From Octopus sinensis (taxonomy: Eukaryota): a DNA stretch of 64,000 bases. Positions 23,946 through 37,704 of this stretch are shown in pieces; position 1 is the stretch's first letter, and each line of letters opens with the position of its first letter. The stretch is from positions 41,168,001 through 41,232,000 of the forward strand of contig NC_043008.1 of NCBI RefSeq assembly GCF_006345805.1. Reading direction: 5' to 3'. Made by a program: the position numbers and the translations under genes. The notes below the pieces were generated by a model. That model was given only the letters and a program-made list of their open reading frames with translations, searched no databases and was not told the origin of the DNA.

Positions 23946-24981
23946 AAAATACGTTAGGTTATGTAACATTACGCTACATTATTTTAGACGTACTAATTAT
24001 AGGTAATACAGTATGAATCTATTGTAAATAAGTAATTGCAATATTTTAAGTTACAGTAACATTGTAACTGTTGAAAAGCGTTGAGAAGTATCGGTAGTTC
24101 TTAGACGATAGTTATATTCAGAAATACCCCAAATTACATACTAGATTGTTGTCCCTTCGTAAATGGTTATTCAGACTCTTCTACGATACCATTGTTTCAG
24201 TTTTCATACCCCATCTCAGATAAATCACTTGCTAAGTAAGTATATCTCCGAAATATTACGTTCAATATATTACAATACACGAAGAATTGCTATGTATATA
24301 TTTTTATTAAAAAATATTTTTTGCCATGCGGGACAATATTTCGTTGAAAATAATACTGGGTACGTTTCCGCATTAGGTGTTCCTGTAAATCATATGTTCT
24401 GCTACGACGAATAGTGTACATGTCGTTATTTGCTTACATTTGCTGAAAAAATTACCATTCAGTGACATAAGACACATCAATCTAGCACAAGTTTCAATAC
24501 ATACAACACAGTTTGGTCTTGAATAATAATAAAAAAAAAAGTATATTGCAATAGGAAATACGTCAGTTATCTTCCTTGAATATATATTGCGATTGTTGCT
24601 TTATAGCCATTTTACCAGATCCAATCTATTAAAGCACTAAGACACTTAGATACCCAAAACCAAGAAAACGGAATGCATAAAGATAATAATTGTAGATGCT
24701 CTTTCAGTGATTGTTATTCTAAATTGACAGAAATATACAGTGGAACGACAAAATGGACCGCAAAGTTGTTGACTATACATGCGCTTCTCTTCGCACTCAA
24801 AGCAGTTTAGTGTTCGCCAACACTTCACAAAATGTTGCAGTGTGTGAGGCAGCATAACTCGAGCACTGTTTGATTACTGTTAAATTTGGGAGACACAAAG
24901 GATACAGCTGCCCGCTGTGTATGTACTTGAAATAGGTGTGTACAGATGTATTTGTGTGTGTATATATACACATACACATAC

Positions 24982-25019
<38 letters not shown>

Positions 25020-25285
25020 TGTGTGTATTTTTAGGCATTTATTTTAAATGTTCAATTTGAATATCACCAATTTGGGATCATCTTGACAACGTTGTGTTAA
25101 CATATATTTTCGGAAATATTAATATTAAGTGTAATCATATTTTTGTGTGTATGCGCGTGGGTGAGTGCGCGAGTGTATGTGTGTTTGTGTGCGTGTATGT
25201 GTATGTAAATGCAATAGAAACAATTGTCGGATTTATAAGCCGATATCAATAATAAAGATGTAATTTTTGGTATACGTATTTTTCG

Positions 25286-25349
<64 letters not shown>

Positions 25350-25356
25350 ATATAGT

Positions 25357-25574
25357 GACGTGCATTTGCCATTTAAATATGGCTAACCCCTAAGTGTGGA
25401 TGCTACTGTAGTTTGTAGCCCCAGGAGGACACCTCCTCCAGCTGCCTATAGACACACTTCCTGTGCCCTATCAGTGTGTCTATAGCCAGCTGGAAGTGGT
25501 GTCCTCCTGGGGCTACAAACTACAGTAGCATCTACCTTTAGGGGTTAGCCTTATTTAAATGGCAAATGTACGTC
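25357..25574. mobile_element. Foldback/MITE-like near-perfect palindrome (218 bp)
   Basis: ~100-bp arms (gacgtgcatttgccatttaaat...gacacact / agtgtgtc...atttaaatggcaaatgtacgtc) around a 14-nt loop. No TSD found. Confidence 0.8.
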
Positions 25575-25631
25575 TCGATGTGTTGTAGCTACTCTTTATA
25601 ACTTGCTCTGAGATTTATTATTGCTTATGTG

Positions 25632-25670
<39 letters not shown>

Positions 25671-25761
25671 GTTGATTATGTGGTAGTGTCAACAGCTTGG
25701 TACCGTCCAGCATAGATGGTAGCTAGTGTTTACCACTCGAACAAGTATTGGTTAATATATT

Positions 25762-25833
<72 letters not shown>

Positions 25834-26214
25834 TATATATACATATATAATTCGCGTCGTCCCATTAGAAAAAGTTGGAAGTATCTGAGACGTGATGATC
25901 TGCACTGAACAGCCTCATACAAGACGGCTCTGCATTAAACAGCTCCAGCTCCAGTGGCCTACGAACGTATATGGCATGCGTCATAATTAGCCTTTCATTG
26001 TTTCGGTAAATAAGCTACAATGCAATACAGGGGCTTCATTCTCCTCGTCCATTTATCTCCTCTCAGCCATATTTTCTCTCTTCTTGAGCAACTGTTTTAT
26101 TGGCAGTGCTGGAAAGTGTTTGCGAGTTTCTCTTCTTGTGTTTGTGTGTGCATGTGTGTGATATGAATGTCTATCGCTACGAGATAACATTCGGTACAAC
26201 GATTTATCGGATAA

Positions 26215-26340
26215 AATTAACAGAGCCTGGATATACTCCTTCTCCAACCACACTTACAAATTTAATAACAGGCCTTAAACGGACAATATCCCATGGGGCA
26301 CTCACTATCCAACAACACTATCGATCAAAATCAAATGGAA
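26215..26340 (+). mobile_element. Possible PLE RT remnant
   Basis: YKFNNR..PMGHSLS resembles the FxFNNxxYxQxxGxPMGSxLSP motif; highly degraded. Confidence 0.3.
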
Positions 26341-27629
26341 AAAGAACCCAATTAATAAAATCTGTCACAGCAAAGATACATAAAACAGCGAAGTAAATCA
26401 TGGAATGACCCATATTGTAAAATCCTACGGAAAATCTATTTTAATAGAGTGAATCCATTTTGTTTTTCCGTACATCAAATGACTGTTATCTTTTGCCGCG
26501 TTGAAATACATATTAATTTTATATTTGCTTTGTAACCTTATTCATAGAATATTACTTTATGGAAATTCTTTATATTTGGTTGAAACATAAAGTTGTTTAA
26601 TGCATTCCTAAGAATTGAGGGGATATTGAGAGTGTCGCTTCGTTATTATGCTTTTACGTTCGAACACAATGCGCGGCATAAGGATCAAGTATCTATGTAA
26701 CTACTTGACTTCCAACAAATGTGTGTATCTGGAATTTGGTGGGCGAAAACTGAGCGGAAGCCTGCCATAAGTATCATTGTACTTGTTTCTATAGAATACT
26801 TAGTCAGTTGCCTGTGGATATGTTTATCGCGTTGCGCAGTATCGCTTGGATTTATTTTATCAAGCGATAATCTTTCTCCTTTCTTACCATCAATCATGAG
26901 AGACGTGATAATTGTTAAGGACTTTTCGTTATAAGCGAGTTTAAAAGAAAACCCCTAAACATCAAGTAATGAATCCAATTATAAGAAATGAATATTTAAG
27001 TTTTGCATTGTTTATAATACCGCATCACTCTCATTTTAAGTAAGATGACCGAGACACATACATAAGCAACTCCTAATACCATTTGTAGATAACACAACAA
27101 TTTGCTTTCAATAATTTTTGAAGTTGCTTCCTTCCTTTTAGTTGGGATTCTCATGTTAAGATAATTTTACATTAAATAAAGGGACTTTCTCTTGATATTT
27201 AGTAGAATCGGTTTGTCATAACATAAATAAATCTGTACATTTTAAAAAGATCATGAAATCAAGTTTAGGGCCTACAGTTTAATGCAAGACTGAAATACGA
27301 AATAATGTAGAAATGGGAATATTTTATTTTTTTTGTTTCTCCCAAACTAAAGAAATTCTTATTGGAACAGACGTTGAGATTAGCTCCTTCTATAAATGAT
27401 GTAACTTAATTCTCTCGTCTCAATTCCATACTCTGCCATGATGTAACTGTCAGCAGTATGGCAGTGTAGAGAAAAGCTCCAAAATTAATACCTATTTCTA
27501 TTCTGAGGAAAAAAAAGTGTTGGCTGTTAATATTCTGATAGGAAGATATTAATGAAAGAAAAAGAAGAGGTAGACAAAATGGGGATACTAAATGTGGGGA
27601 AGAGGTGGGGAAGGAGGATAGTGATTATA

Positions 27630-27664
27630 TTGATGGCGATGATTTTGACGACGATGCGCACGCC

Positions 27665-27704
<40 letters not shown>

Positions 27705-28104
27705 ATAATGATTATGATGATGATGATGATGATGATAATGATGATGATTATGATGATGGTGATGATGATGATGATCAACATCATGATGCTTGCGGTGGTA
27801 GTGTTCGTGTTGGTCGTAGTAGAGATGCGCCTGAGATGATGCTGGTGGTATGAATACGTGGTACGTTTGGCTGTAATAGCGTTATTAGTACTACTGCTAA
27901 AGATGACAGTGACGTCATCATCGTAAATATCATAAAACAACAGTCATCATCAGCATTTTCATAATAATCACCGCCACCAGCAAAAACAACAACAACAATA
28001 ATGGAAACTATCACCGCTGACACCGCCGTCACCACCACCATATTCATTCATGATCATCATCAAGATCATCATCATCATCATCATTATTATCATCGTTGTC
28101 GTCG

Positions 28105-28157
<53 letters not shown>

Positions 28158-28320
28158 TTCGTCATCGTCGTGATTGCCGATATCGTGCTCATCATTTCAG
28201 GTATTAATATTTCATCTTCATCACCATAGTCATCATCGTCATCATCATCATCATCATCACCACCACCATTATCGCCGTCGTCATCATCATCATCATCATC
28301 AACAACAAACATAATACAAC
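27630..28320. repeat. Compound (GAT)n and (CAT)n trinucleotide blocks
   Basis: (GAT)n at ~27665-27777 and (CAT)n at ~28050-28300; these explain the poly-D/M/I/H ORFs. Confidence 0.95.
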
Positions 28321-29099
28321 TACTACCATCATTATCATGATTATTATGGAAACGGTATTTAAGCAGTATGGTGAAAATTTGTTTCATAAGTACAAATATA
28401 GTGAATCACACGTAATTGATGGATTTAGTTTTAAGAAGCGCTTAAGGTGGATAAGTCAAATTTGCATGGGAGGACATTTTAAACTCATTCATCTTTATTT
28501 AGTTTGGAATATTATATACATATGAAATAGAAATGACAGTATATAATGTAGTGCTATTTCTGCTGTTTCATTTTGTGCTTTGCAAATGGAGCTTTCCATA
28601 CAGAATAGTGAATATGATATATTTGCTAGTCAAATGCCAAGAATTGGTCGTGGCAAAGGAAATATTTATACGCTTGCATTTATATCACAGCAATGTTGAA
28701 CTTGCCACATTTAGTTCTCATGACTAAACCAAGGGTTATATTTTCAATCTGATTCAGACCAACATCAGCTTTATTTGTTTCCGCAATATATCCGTTATTA
28801 TATTAAGTAAAAATTAGTAACAATACCAGTAGCCACGGTCACTAATTTTCCGTTTAATTCCGACGATATTTCGATCAATAATCAAATTCATATGTAACTA
28901 TTTAAATGTTTGCAAACATTTACTGAAGAGAAAATCATTATTTCCATAAGACTACTGTTTCCCTACTCTCTATCTCTCTTTCTCTCTCTCCATCTCTCTT
29001 TGTCTATCTATCTATCTCTGTCTTTATCTATCTATCTATCTATTTCTCTTTCTCTCTCTGTTATAACATATTGTGAGGTAAATAAATATTTTCATGCAT

Positions 29100-29491
29100 A
29101 TGGCTGTATGGTAAGTAGTTTTCTAACCAACCACATGGTTCCGGGTTCAGTCCCACTGCGTGGCAACTTGGGCAAGTGTCTTATGCTATAGCCCCGGGCC
29201 GACCAATACCTTGTGAGTGGATTTGGTAGACGAAAACTGAAAGAAGCCTGTCGTATATATGTATATATATATAAGTGTGTGTGTATATGTTTGTGTGTCT
29301 GTGTTTGTCCCACTAGCATTGCTTGACAACCGATGCTGGTGTGTTTACGTCCCCGTCACTTAGCGGTTCGGCAAAAGAGACCGATAGAATAAGTACTGGG
29401 CTTACAAATAATAAGGCCCGGGGTCGATTTGCTCGACTAAAGGCGGTGCTCCAGCATGGCCGCAGTCAAATGATTGAAACAAGTAAAAGAG
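29100..29491 (+). mobile_element. tRNA-derived SINE, near full length
   Basis: Same family as 8232-8652. Confidence 0.9.
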
Positions 29492-29990
29492 GGAAAGAGA
29501 AAGAGAAAAAATATGTATGTATAGATATATATGTAAATGTTACAATGTAGGTATATACATACATGTATACGTATACACACAGGCATACACAGATATATGT
29601 ATATATGTGTGTCTGCATGTGTACGTGCATTTATGCGTGCGTGTGTGTGAATGTAGATATATTTGCGCAAGTCATTCCTACGGTTTGAATAATAGTGCAA
29701 AAGATATTTTTGAAATACATAACATATGACAAGAAGAGATTGGGGAAGTTTTTGGTATTGTTTGTTCACACCATTACTCGTGGTTCATTTGCTAATAATA
29801 GTTACAATAGGAGAAACGTGTAAGATATCTCTTATTAGAAATTAGTTGATTCTCTCTATCAAGAATTTCCAATAGGAGATATATATTACCTGCCTCTCTT
29901 ACATGTACAATATTGTAACTCCTAGTAGGAAATGAAACATGTGTAATGATGAATAAATAATATCAATTTATTTCCAATTTTCTATTTTGG

Positions 29991-30063
<73 letters not shown>

Positions 30064-33000
30064 AATGGTATCAGTAGCTGCAACAACATATCTGCTATTG
30101 AACAAAATGAAACGATGAAACGACATGGTCTAGGTCACTTAGCTTTGTATATAATATCCAATTAGTGATTCATGTCGAAGAGTTCCCAATTCTGACGTGT
30201 TCAGTAGCTCATCCACTCAACAATATATAACGATGCAGTGGCTGTAATTGAACTATTTCTACTTGCTTCCATTTCCAGTTGAGTGCTGCATTGGTAACCA
30301 TTTTCTCCAAGGCGTATAATATGTTTTTGAATAGAGTGCAACTCCACCATGTTGAATCATATAAGAATATCTAAATTTGGGGCATATTCACAGCACATAC
30401 ATTTTTTTAGCTCTAATACTAACTCTCTATAGTGTGAGCTACGGAAATTACCTGATTTAGACAGAAATATCTCACTACAGGAAAATCAAGCATGTGAGCA
30501 AATTCAGTTCTCCAGACAGCTTTTAAGTGTCTACACTGAATTAAAGAAGTGGCGATTTTTTCTTGAGTACTGGCATTAATATCGCATACGTAAAACATTT
30601 CGATGTACTCAATTGGAAGATCTCTATACATATCAAAATATAAATATGAAATTATCAGGACTGATATGCATATATATCTCAAGCAAGAATCTGCATGTGG
30701 TTCCTTCACACATTTTACGAAACCAGAGCCTGAACTAGTGCTGACTGGTATTTGAAATATATCTAATTCATGAGACAAATGTTACATATACGCGCAGACA
30801 TACGCAGATATATGTATATATGTGTGTGTGTGCATGTGTGTGTGTGCATGTGTGTATGTCTGTGTGTGTTTGTGTGTGTGTGAAAGTGCATAAATATATA
30901 CTCTTAATTGAAAATAATTCTTCTCAGTGCACTGCTATAGAAATGCTAGTTACTGAGTGCGTATATATATTATGTCTGAATTTGTCTGAATGTTACCTTT
31001 ATTCTATTTTCACTCAATTTTAGAAACCTTGTGTGGCTTTAGTACTGTATAAATAAAATAGTAAGTGGTAGTAGCTTAGCTTTCATTTTTCTTTAAATAA
31101 TTGATATTCGAATTCCTGCTATTCTAGGTTGCTTCATTCATCTGGGTTTAATCTGTGTAAGATGTTTACACGTATAAGAGAGTAAATATCTTCGATAGAG
31201 AAATTAATATTACAATATAAACAGTATTCATAACATCAATTTGCATCTGATATAAAATAGTAACATAAATTCTGATTATGAGGCTCATATTCCACATGCT
31301 CTCAGGCATTCACACATACACACATACACGCACATATATGTGTATTTGCTTGTGAAAGCTTGCGAGTGTGACGTACGTTAGTGCGCACATAGAAACTTAA
31401 ACAGTGTGATAATTTATGTGATATATAAAAATTTAGATACTTACTTTAATTCATTTATTCGCCATGATGATGTGTATAACACAATATTTAAGAGATGCAG
31501 GGGTTTAGACTTTACCACAAGCGCATTAAAATAAAATTAAATCAATGAAACGACATTAGAAAACAACTTCCATTTTCGCTTCGATTAAGCGCCAAACACT
31601 AATTTGTAAACGTTGGGTGGTTGTCTAATATAAAGCATAACTTCGAGCACAGAAAACGAGGATAAAATCCTTATTGATTGCGACTTTACCTGTGACTCAG
31701 TAACTCACTTTTATTAACCTCCCGTTACTATGGAAATATTCAAATCAAAACAATTTGCGCTTCGTTGGCAACTACTTCAATAGTTAAATTACTATATCTT
31801 TAGAATTAAAAACTTTGTCTTCTGTTGTTGTTTTTTTCTCTTTTAGGAGGAGGACAATATAAGAATAAGAGGTGTACCTCGCCTGACAGGATTATGCAGT
31901 GTGTCTTGTGCCGGTATAATTAGTTTTACGAGGTCTGTTATTTGTTAGTTGCAGTAGCGGCAATTCAGTAACTTACCTAGTGGCGTTTTACGGAGATTAT
32001 GTAGCGCAAAGTTACGTACTGCGGGAAAGCTTCAACAAAAATATAAATATATTTTAAGCACGTGAAGAATTTAAGATTCCTCATATGTAAATAGTCACTG
32101 AATACACGACGCGAAATATCTCTCAACTAGAACCGAATCCTGTAATTTTCAAATTCCAGTGAAATATAACCAGACTTTTATATCCTTCCTTCTAAACATT
32201 CATCTCCATGCAATTTGTTTGACACTGAAGTAGTTGTGTTAGTGAGACGGTCGCTTCATATTAATGTCTTTTGGTCTTCATTGTAGAAAGTAGCAATGTC
32301 ATCACTCTTGGCTGCCATAACGTTGTATCAATTAAACCCTCCTGAATCAAAAGGAGGCTGTGTGACACGTTCTCTTCCTCTCGTAGACGCAATCCTATAT
32401 CACCTCCTGACACTTAGTTCCCTTTTGTGCTATCCAGTCTGATGCACGGATTTCTGACTCATGTCCACTTTGAGGATAAAGATTTACATTATCTCATTTG
32501 GTATTTCAAAGATCGAATTCCGCGACGAAACATTCTTTCTTACAGTCAGTACATGATTTTAAAACAGAAAAGCAGTTCATAATTCTCTATCAGCGAATCT
32601 TCTCAACCGTACTTCAATGTACTTAGATGATTTAAGCTATTCTACAGCTACACACTTCTCTTTAGACGCAACAGAAAAACCGCATTACATGTTTGACATC
32701 ATTTACTTTCTTGATCCAGACCAGATTTCATGACCAGATTACACAAACCAATCTGTTCCGAACGTTCAATGCAAGAGTTCCTTTAGAAAATTCCCTTTTC
32801 TCCCAACAGTGGAGAGCCGGAAAATATATTTGGAATTGAACCTGCTTCAAAGATCCCTCTACTGGAAGTGTATCATTGTTTTTCGTTGTTCTGTGAATCA
32901 CCAGATGCATCGTACATGCCATGCACCTACTTACGTTTAATCTCAGTTAACTTTTCCAGATGTATATTGATGCAGTTTCAATACACTATATTTGACATAT

Positions 33001-34110
33001 GCTTAAGGTACTGACTTTTGTGCAACTTAAAATGATTTAAAAACCTGACCATCAGCTTGTGTTTGCAGATTGCAAACATCCGGTGAAATCTTCATCCGTA
33101 TTTCGGTAACAGTTAATGGCCATCATAATATAATAAAATATCTCCTACACATTTGGTTGGTCAAAAAATATTAGTACTGCTGTATACACCCAGGGCATCT
33201 AACACTCTAATGATCCGCTTGACAAAGCTGAAAATATGTTCGAAATGCGAGACGAAGAATTCACTGAAAATAGATAGCACATTGTCCAAAAGGGATGTCT
33301 TAAATTTTCTGGGCTGTTATTATATTTATATTGTAGAACTTAAGAGAAGGTGGGCCTCATTAATAAAACTAAAGCTAAGTAATGTTTACGAAATAAGATA
33401 TTCGAAAGATGTAGGCATAATGTCCTATCTTGCCTTAAAATGTAAGATATATCGGTAGAATCATTAGCAAGATATAACGATCGTAATATATTTGATATCG
33501 GTCTCATAAGAACAGAAACGAAAAATATGGCTTGGTAACACGGCAATATTTAATCTAGTGAACAGATTATGTTTAATCTCTCCAGATGCTTTATTGAATC
33601 TGCAGAAATGAAAAGTGTGAATGACCGCTATATTGGCGAATTATTATTTCTATATTAATCTAACAAGGAGTATGAATGGCTGATTATATTAATGGACACT
33701 TAATTCCATAATAATTATTAATATACATTAATTCTCATTTATGTGCAACGTTTTCATGCTCAACAGATTTAATTCATTTAATACCTTGATTCGCATACAT
33801 TTACATACAGTCTACACTTTCAAAGAATTCATCCTGCAAAATTAGCGGATTTATGTTTCTGGGGAATTGTTCAATGACTTGCCTTATTCATTTCAAATTC
33901 CATTCGTACGAATATATGGACTTGGCGAATAAATTAATACGTTGCTTATATCATTCCAAACATAATGTAATTATTGTCTTTGTCACATTATATATTTGTA
34001 TCAATACACACAATATATATATATATATGTATGTATATATAGATAGATGATAGATAGATAAATAGATAGATACATACATACAAATACACACGCACACACA
34101 GACATACGCA

Positions 34111-34159
<49 letters not shown>

Positions 34160-34239
34160 GCATATATGTTATTAGGTATAGACATGGTAGTTTACCGGTA
34201 ACGCATGTTCGTTTACTCAGTATTCGTTGGATATTTGAT

Positions 34240-34442
34240 TAATGAGAGAGGCGGAAGATGGAAGATACGAGAATGTTTAACGTGATATATCTAATCACCT
34301 GAGGTCACACAAATACACCAACGTATAAATCTAAACTGTACGTTCAGTTTCCCACCTGTGTGGAATAGGTGCTCGATTGGTCAAAACAATTGCACTGATC
34401 AATAAACGTTTTCGCATCTTCCATCTTCCGTCTCTCGCATTA
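34240..34442. mobile_element. MITE-like element with 40-bp terminal inverted repeats
   Basis: taatgagagaggcggaagatggaagatacgagaatgttta matches the reverse complement of 34403-34442 at 35/40. Confidence 0.7.
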
Positions 34443-34481
34443 GTCATACAGACACGCACATACACATATATAATGTACTGA

Positions 34482-34710
34482 TACCCAGCTCATGACACTG
34501 GCCTATACCGTGACGACAGCTTAGGTATTTCCCATGGGAGTAATGGCCGCATCCTTAATACATTTAGGAAAGAATTAATTTGAATCTTTAATCAATTAGG
34601 ACTTGAAGTCACGTTTACTAATCTCTGTATAGTTGCTTATTTAGATGTTTTTCCTAGATTTAAACTCATCGTATGGACCTTCCATAAGTCTAATGAGAAA
34701 CTCACACAAA
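34482..34710 (+). mobile_element. PLE reverse transcriptase remnant (GLYRDD type, Naiad/Chlamys-like)
   Basis: YPAHDTGLYRDDSLGISHGSNGRILNTFRKELI*IFNQLGLEVTFTNLCIVAYLDVFLDLN in one frame. Confidence 0.65.
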
Positions 34711-35799
34711 CAAATTATACATACAGACAGATAGCTAGCCAACTAACGAAGGAAAATCTCATTTGCTGTTAGGTTCCTGAGACAGATAGTGTGCAATCTA
34801 TATTAATTATGAATGGTAAGCGTTTATTTTAATTCACTGATATATTAAAATTAATGACGGATGGTAACGCTAAGCAGTGTTGTGTACATATGCCAGGTGA
34901 TTTCCAGCTCAAATATGATTGTGGCATATTCGAATCCGTAAGACAAGCAGTCGCTACCAGTCACTGTGTTTTGTATTGGAGGAGTTGATTTTGGCGTATT
35001 TACACCTATCTGTACACGGCGAGAAATTTTATTTTTGACAATACTGCGAATGGCGTGCTTACGGGTTCGGATATTCCCCAAGTATATTTGAACTGATATT
35101 ATCTATGTATAAATTGAATAAAGTCAGTTGAATTAAATGTAGTTTTTGAAACACCACGAAAGAATTTTTCGTCTTATGTATATACCAAATGCACGATATT
35201 CGTTAGTTTTACTAATTTGTTTAGATTGGTGTTTTAGTTGGTACTACAGCGTCCATATTTGTGTATTTGAAACATTTTGCCCCTATATTATGTCATATAT
35301 TTGCATAATTATTGTCATCCATAGAAAAATAAAATTTTTATTTTATATTTTTTACCTCTGTATTACTCACACAACACCTCTTTCTATTCATTTTCAGCTA
35401 TATCCCCTACATATGCATTGAATTGAACTACGGTTTGTCTCTTAATTTGCTAAAATATTTGCTATATATTCCCTCTATTTTTGTTGATTATGATGGACTG
35501 CTTTATTTAGCATCTCTTTTGCGGTGAAGAGTCGAAATGATAATCGAATTACGATTTGATATTATCTGGTTGGGCATTTTCTGCTCCACATATGAATTTA
35601 TTTATGAATTAACGAGTATGATGCGACCTTTATTTTCAGTCTAAATGTCGCTGCAGAATGTATTTAATTTATTGATACGAACTGTATTTGTACTCTTTTG
35701 AATGATGAATATAATAAATAAAATTTACAATGGAATGCAGTAACTATGTCATCTACATATCTGGTTTATATCATGTGTTTCTATAACCGTGCTACTTTA

Positions 35800-36335
35800 T
35801 ATATTCACTTCTTTTCAAAAGCATGGAGTAATCCAGGCTGTGAAAACAGGTCTCCCTATCAGCTCCAAAGGCCTAGTTCGTTTCACATGCAGGGAATGCT
35901 ATGGCCGCCGACAATTTTTTTTTTGTGTTTGTGGGTATGCAAAAGACATTGTGTTTATGATCTTTGTTCAAGAGCGCCATACGATGAATGGAAACTAGTA
36001 TGCCAATTTGCCGAAGGAGTTACGAAAGACCACCGTGAACTAACACCCAGAAAAACTGACAATAGGAAACTTTTTTCATCAGGACAATGCTCCAGCACGC
36101 ATATCAATGGTTTTGAATGGCTACTACGCGTTGCCCAACTGGAAAACGCGTTGCCCAAATGGAAAACCAGAAACACTTAGATTGGAACCAGTGTCACAGT
36201 AATGATGAAATTAGATCTGCTGTTGCTGAGATTTTTCAACAACAGGATAAATGCGTCTTCTCCAATTGAACCCATGCATTTCAACACCGATGAAGAAGTG
36301 TGTAGATTGCAAGGGAGATAATGCTGATAACGGAC
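35800..36335 (+). mobile_element. Mariner transposase remnant
   Basis: AKDIVF..QERHTMNGN*YANL..LRK..PEKLT...FHQDNAPA and KCVDCKGDN match the mariner DxKGIV/TING.YY/HQDNAPAH/KCVxxxGDY motifs. Confidence 0.8.
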
Positions 36336-36372
36336 CTCATTTGCTCTCAACTTTTCAACCGACGTTCATGTA

Positions 36373-36407
<35 letters not shown>

Positions 36408-36743
36408 CATTTGTGCGTGAATGTACGTATATGTTCTTATATTAAATTTCCTGACTTAAAGTTTTATATATTTTACTTTAACTATATACATATATATTAC
36501 TTTAACCATTGAATATTATCTATATACTGACGAGTCCCACATACTCGTCCGTGCGCACGCATACATTCATGTATCTATATCAAAATACATGTGTGTGTGC
36601 GTGTTTGTGTGTGTGTGCGTGTTTGTGTGTGTGTGTGAGAGAGAGAGTGTGTGTGGCTGTTATATAGTTTGACCCCCCGTCAATTTAGTGACGGCTCTAC
36701 ATTTTGCCTATCGCCTTTATATTGCGAATAGCCATCTTATTAA

Positions 36744-36790
<47 letters not shown>

Positions 36791-36962
36791 ATATATATAT
36801 ACATCTGTGCGTATATGTGTGTAGGTGCCAGTGTTGGTGCACGGTATCATAAATTGAGTGCGTATAAGTCAGTGAATCTATATTTATTTCAACACACACA
36901 CACACATACACCCACACAAACACACACACACACACAAACGCACACACGCACACACACACACG

Positions 36963-37012
<50 letters not shown>

Positions 37013-37653
37013 ACAGAGAAAGAGAGAGAGAGAGAGACAGAGAGAGAGAGAGAAATTCAGAGGCAGATTTAGAGACAAAATGACATACTGACATAAGAAT
37101 ACATACATGGATATTAGTGTGTGTGTGTGTATGTATGTGTGTGTTCGTGTGTGTTTGTCGTGTTGCGTTTGTGTGCTTCCGTTCTATGTAAACGCATTCA
37201 CATAAATAGGGGAGGGTATTTAAGTTCAATTTAATACGTGCAGTTTTGTATGTTACGCGCGTATTTATTCAATTTTCTGCAATAGGGCGCGTTCAAGTAT
37301 GGCGTGTATTTGCACGTAAACACTTATAAAGGTCAGCATCGAGTAATATAATGTGAGGTGATGAATAATAAGCAATCACGAACTAAATGCACCAGTCTCT
37401 GTTGGGTCACAGTGCCCCACAGGTAGCAAGGCTGGATTCATTATCTAGGTACACATACTGTGACTAGTCTGACATATGTCGGAAAAAGACGTTATGAAAT
37501 CAGCCCAGCTACAACGTTTATGACGAATGAATGCCACAACCTCTCCTGCATTTCCCATGATGCAAGTACTCGCCTTGATTAATGTAAGGTGTGTATTATA
37601 CACACACACCAGACCCCATATATATATATATGTATTATATATATATAATATAT

Positions 37654-37700
<47 letters not shown>

Positions 37701-37704
37701 TATA

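Noticed and set aside
27527-28387. Poly-Asp, poly-His, poly-Met and poly-Ile ORFs
   Set aside because: They are alternative frames of ATC-family trinucleotide repeats, without flanking domain sequence or splice support.
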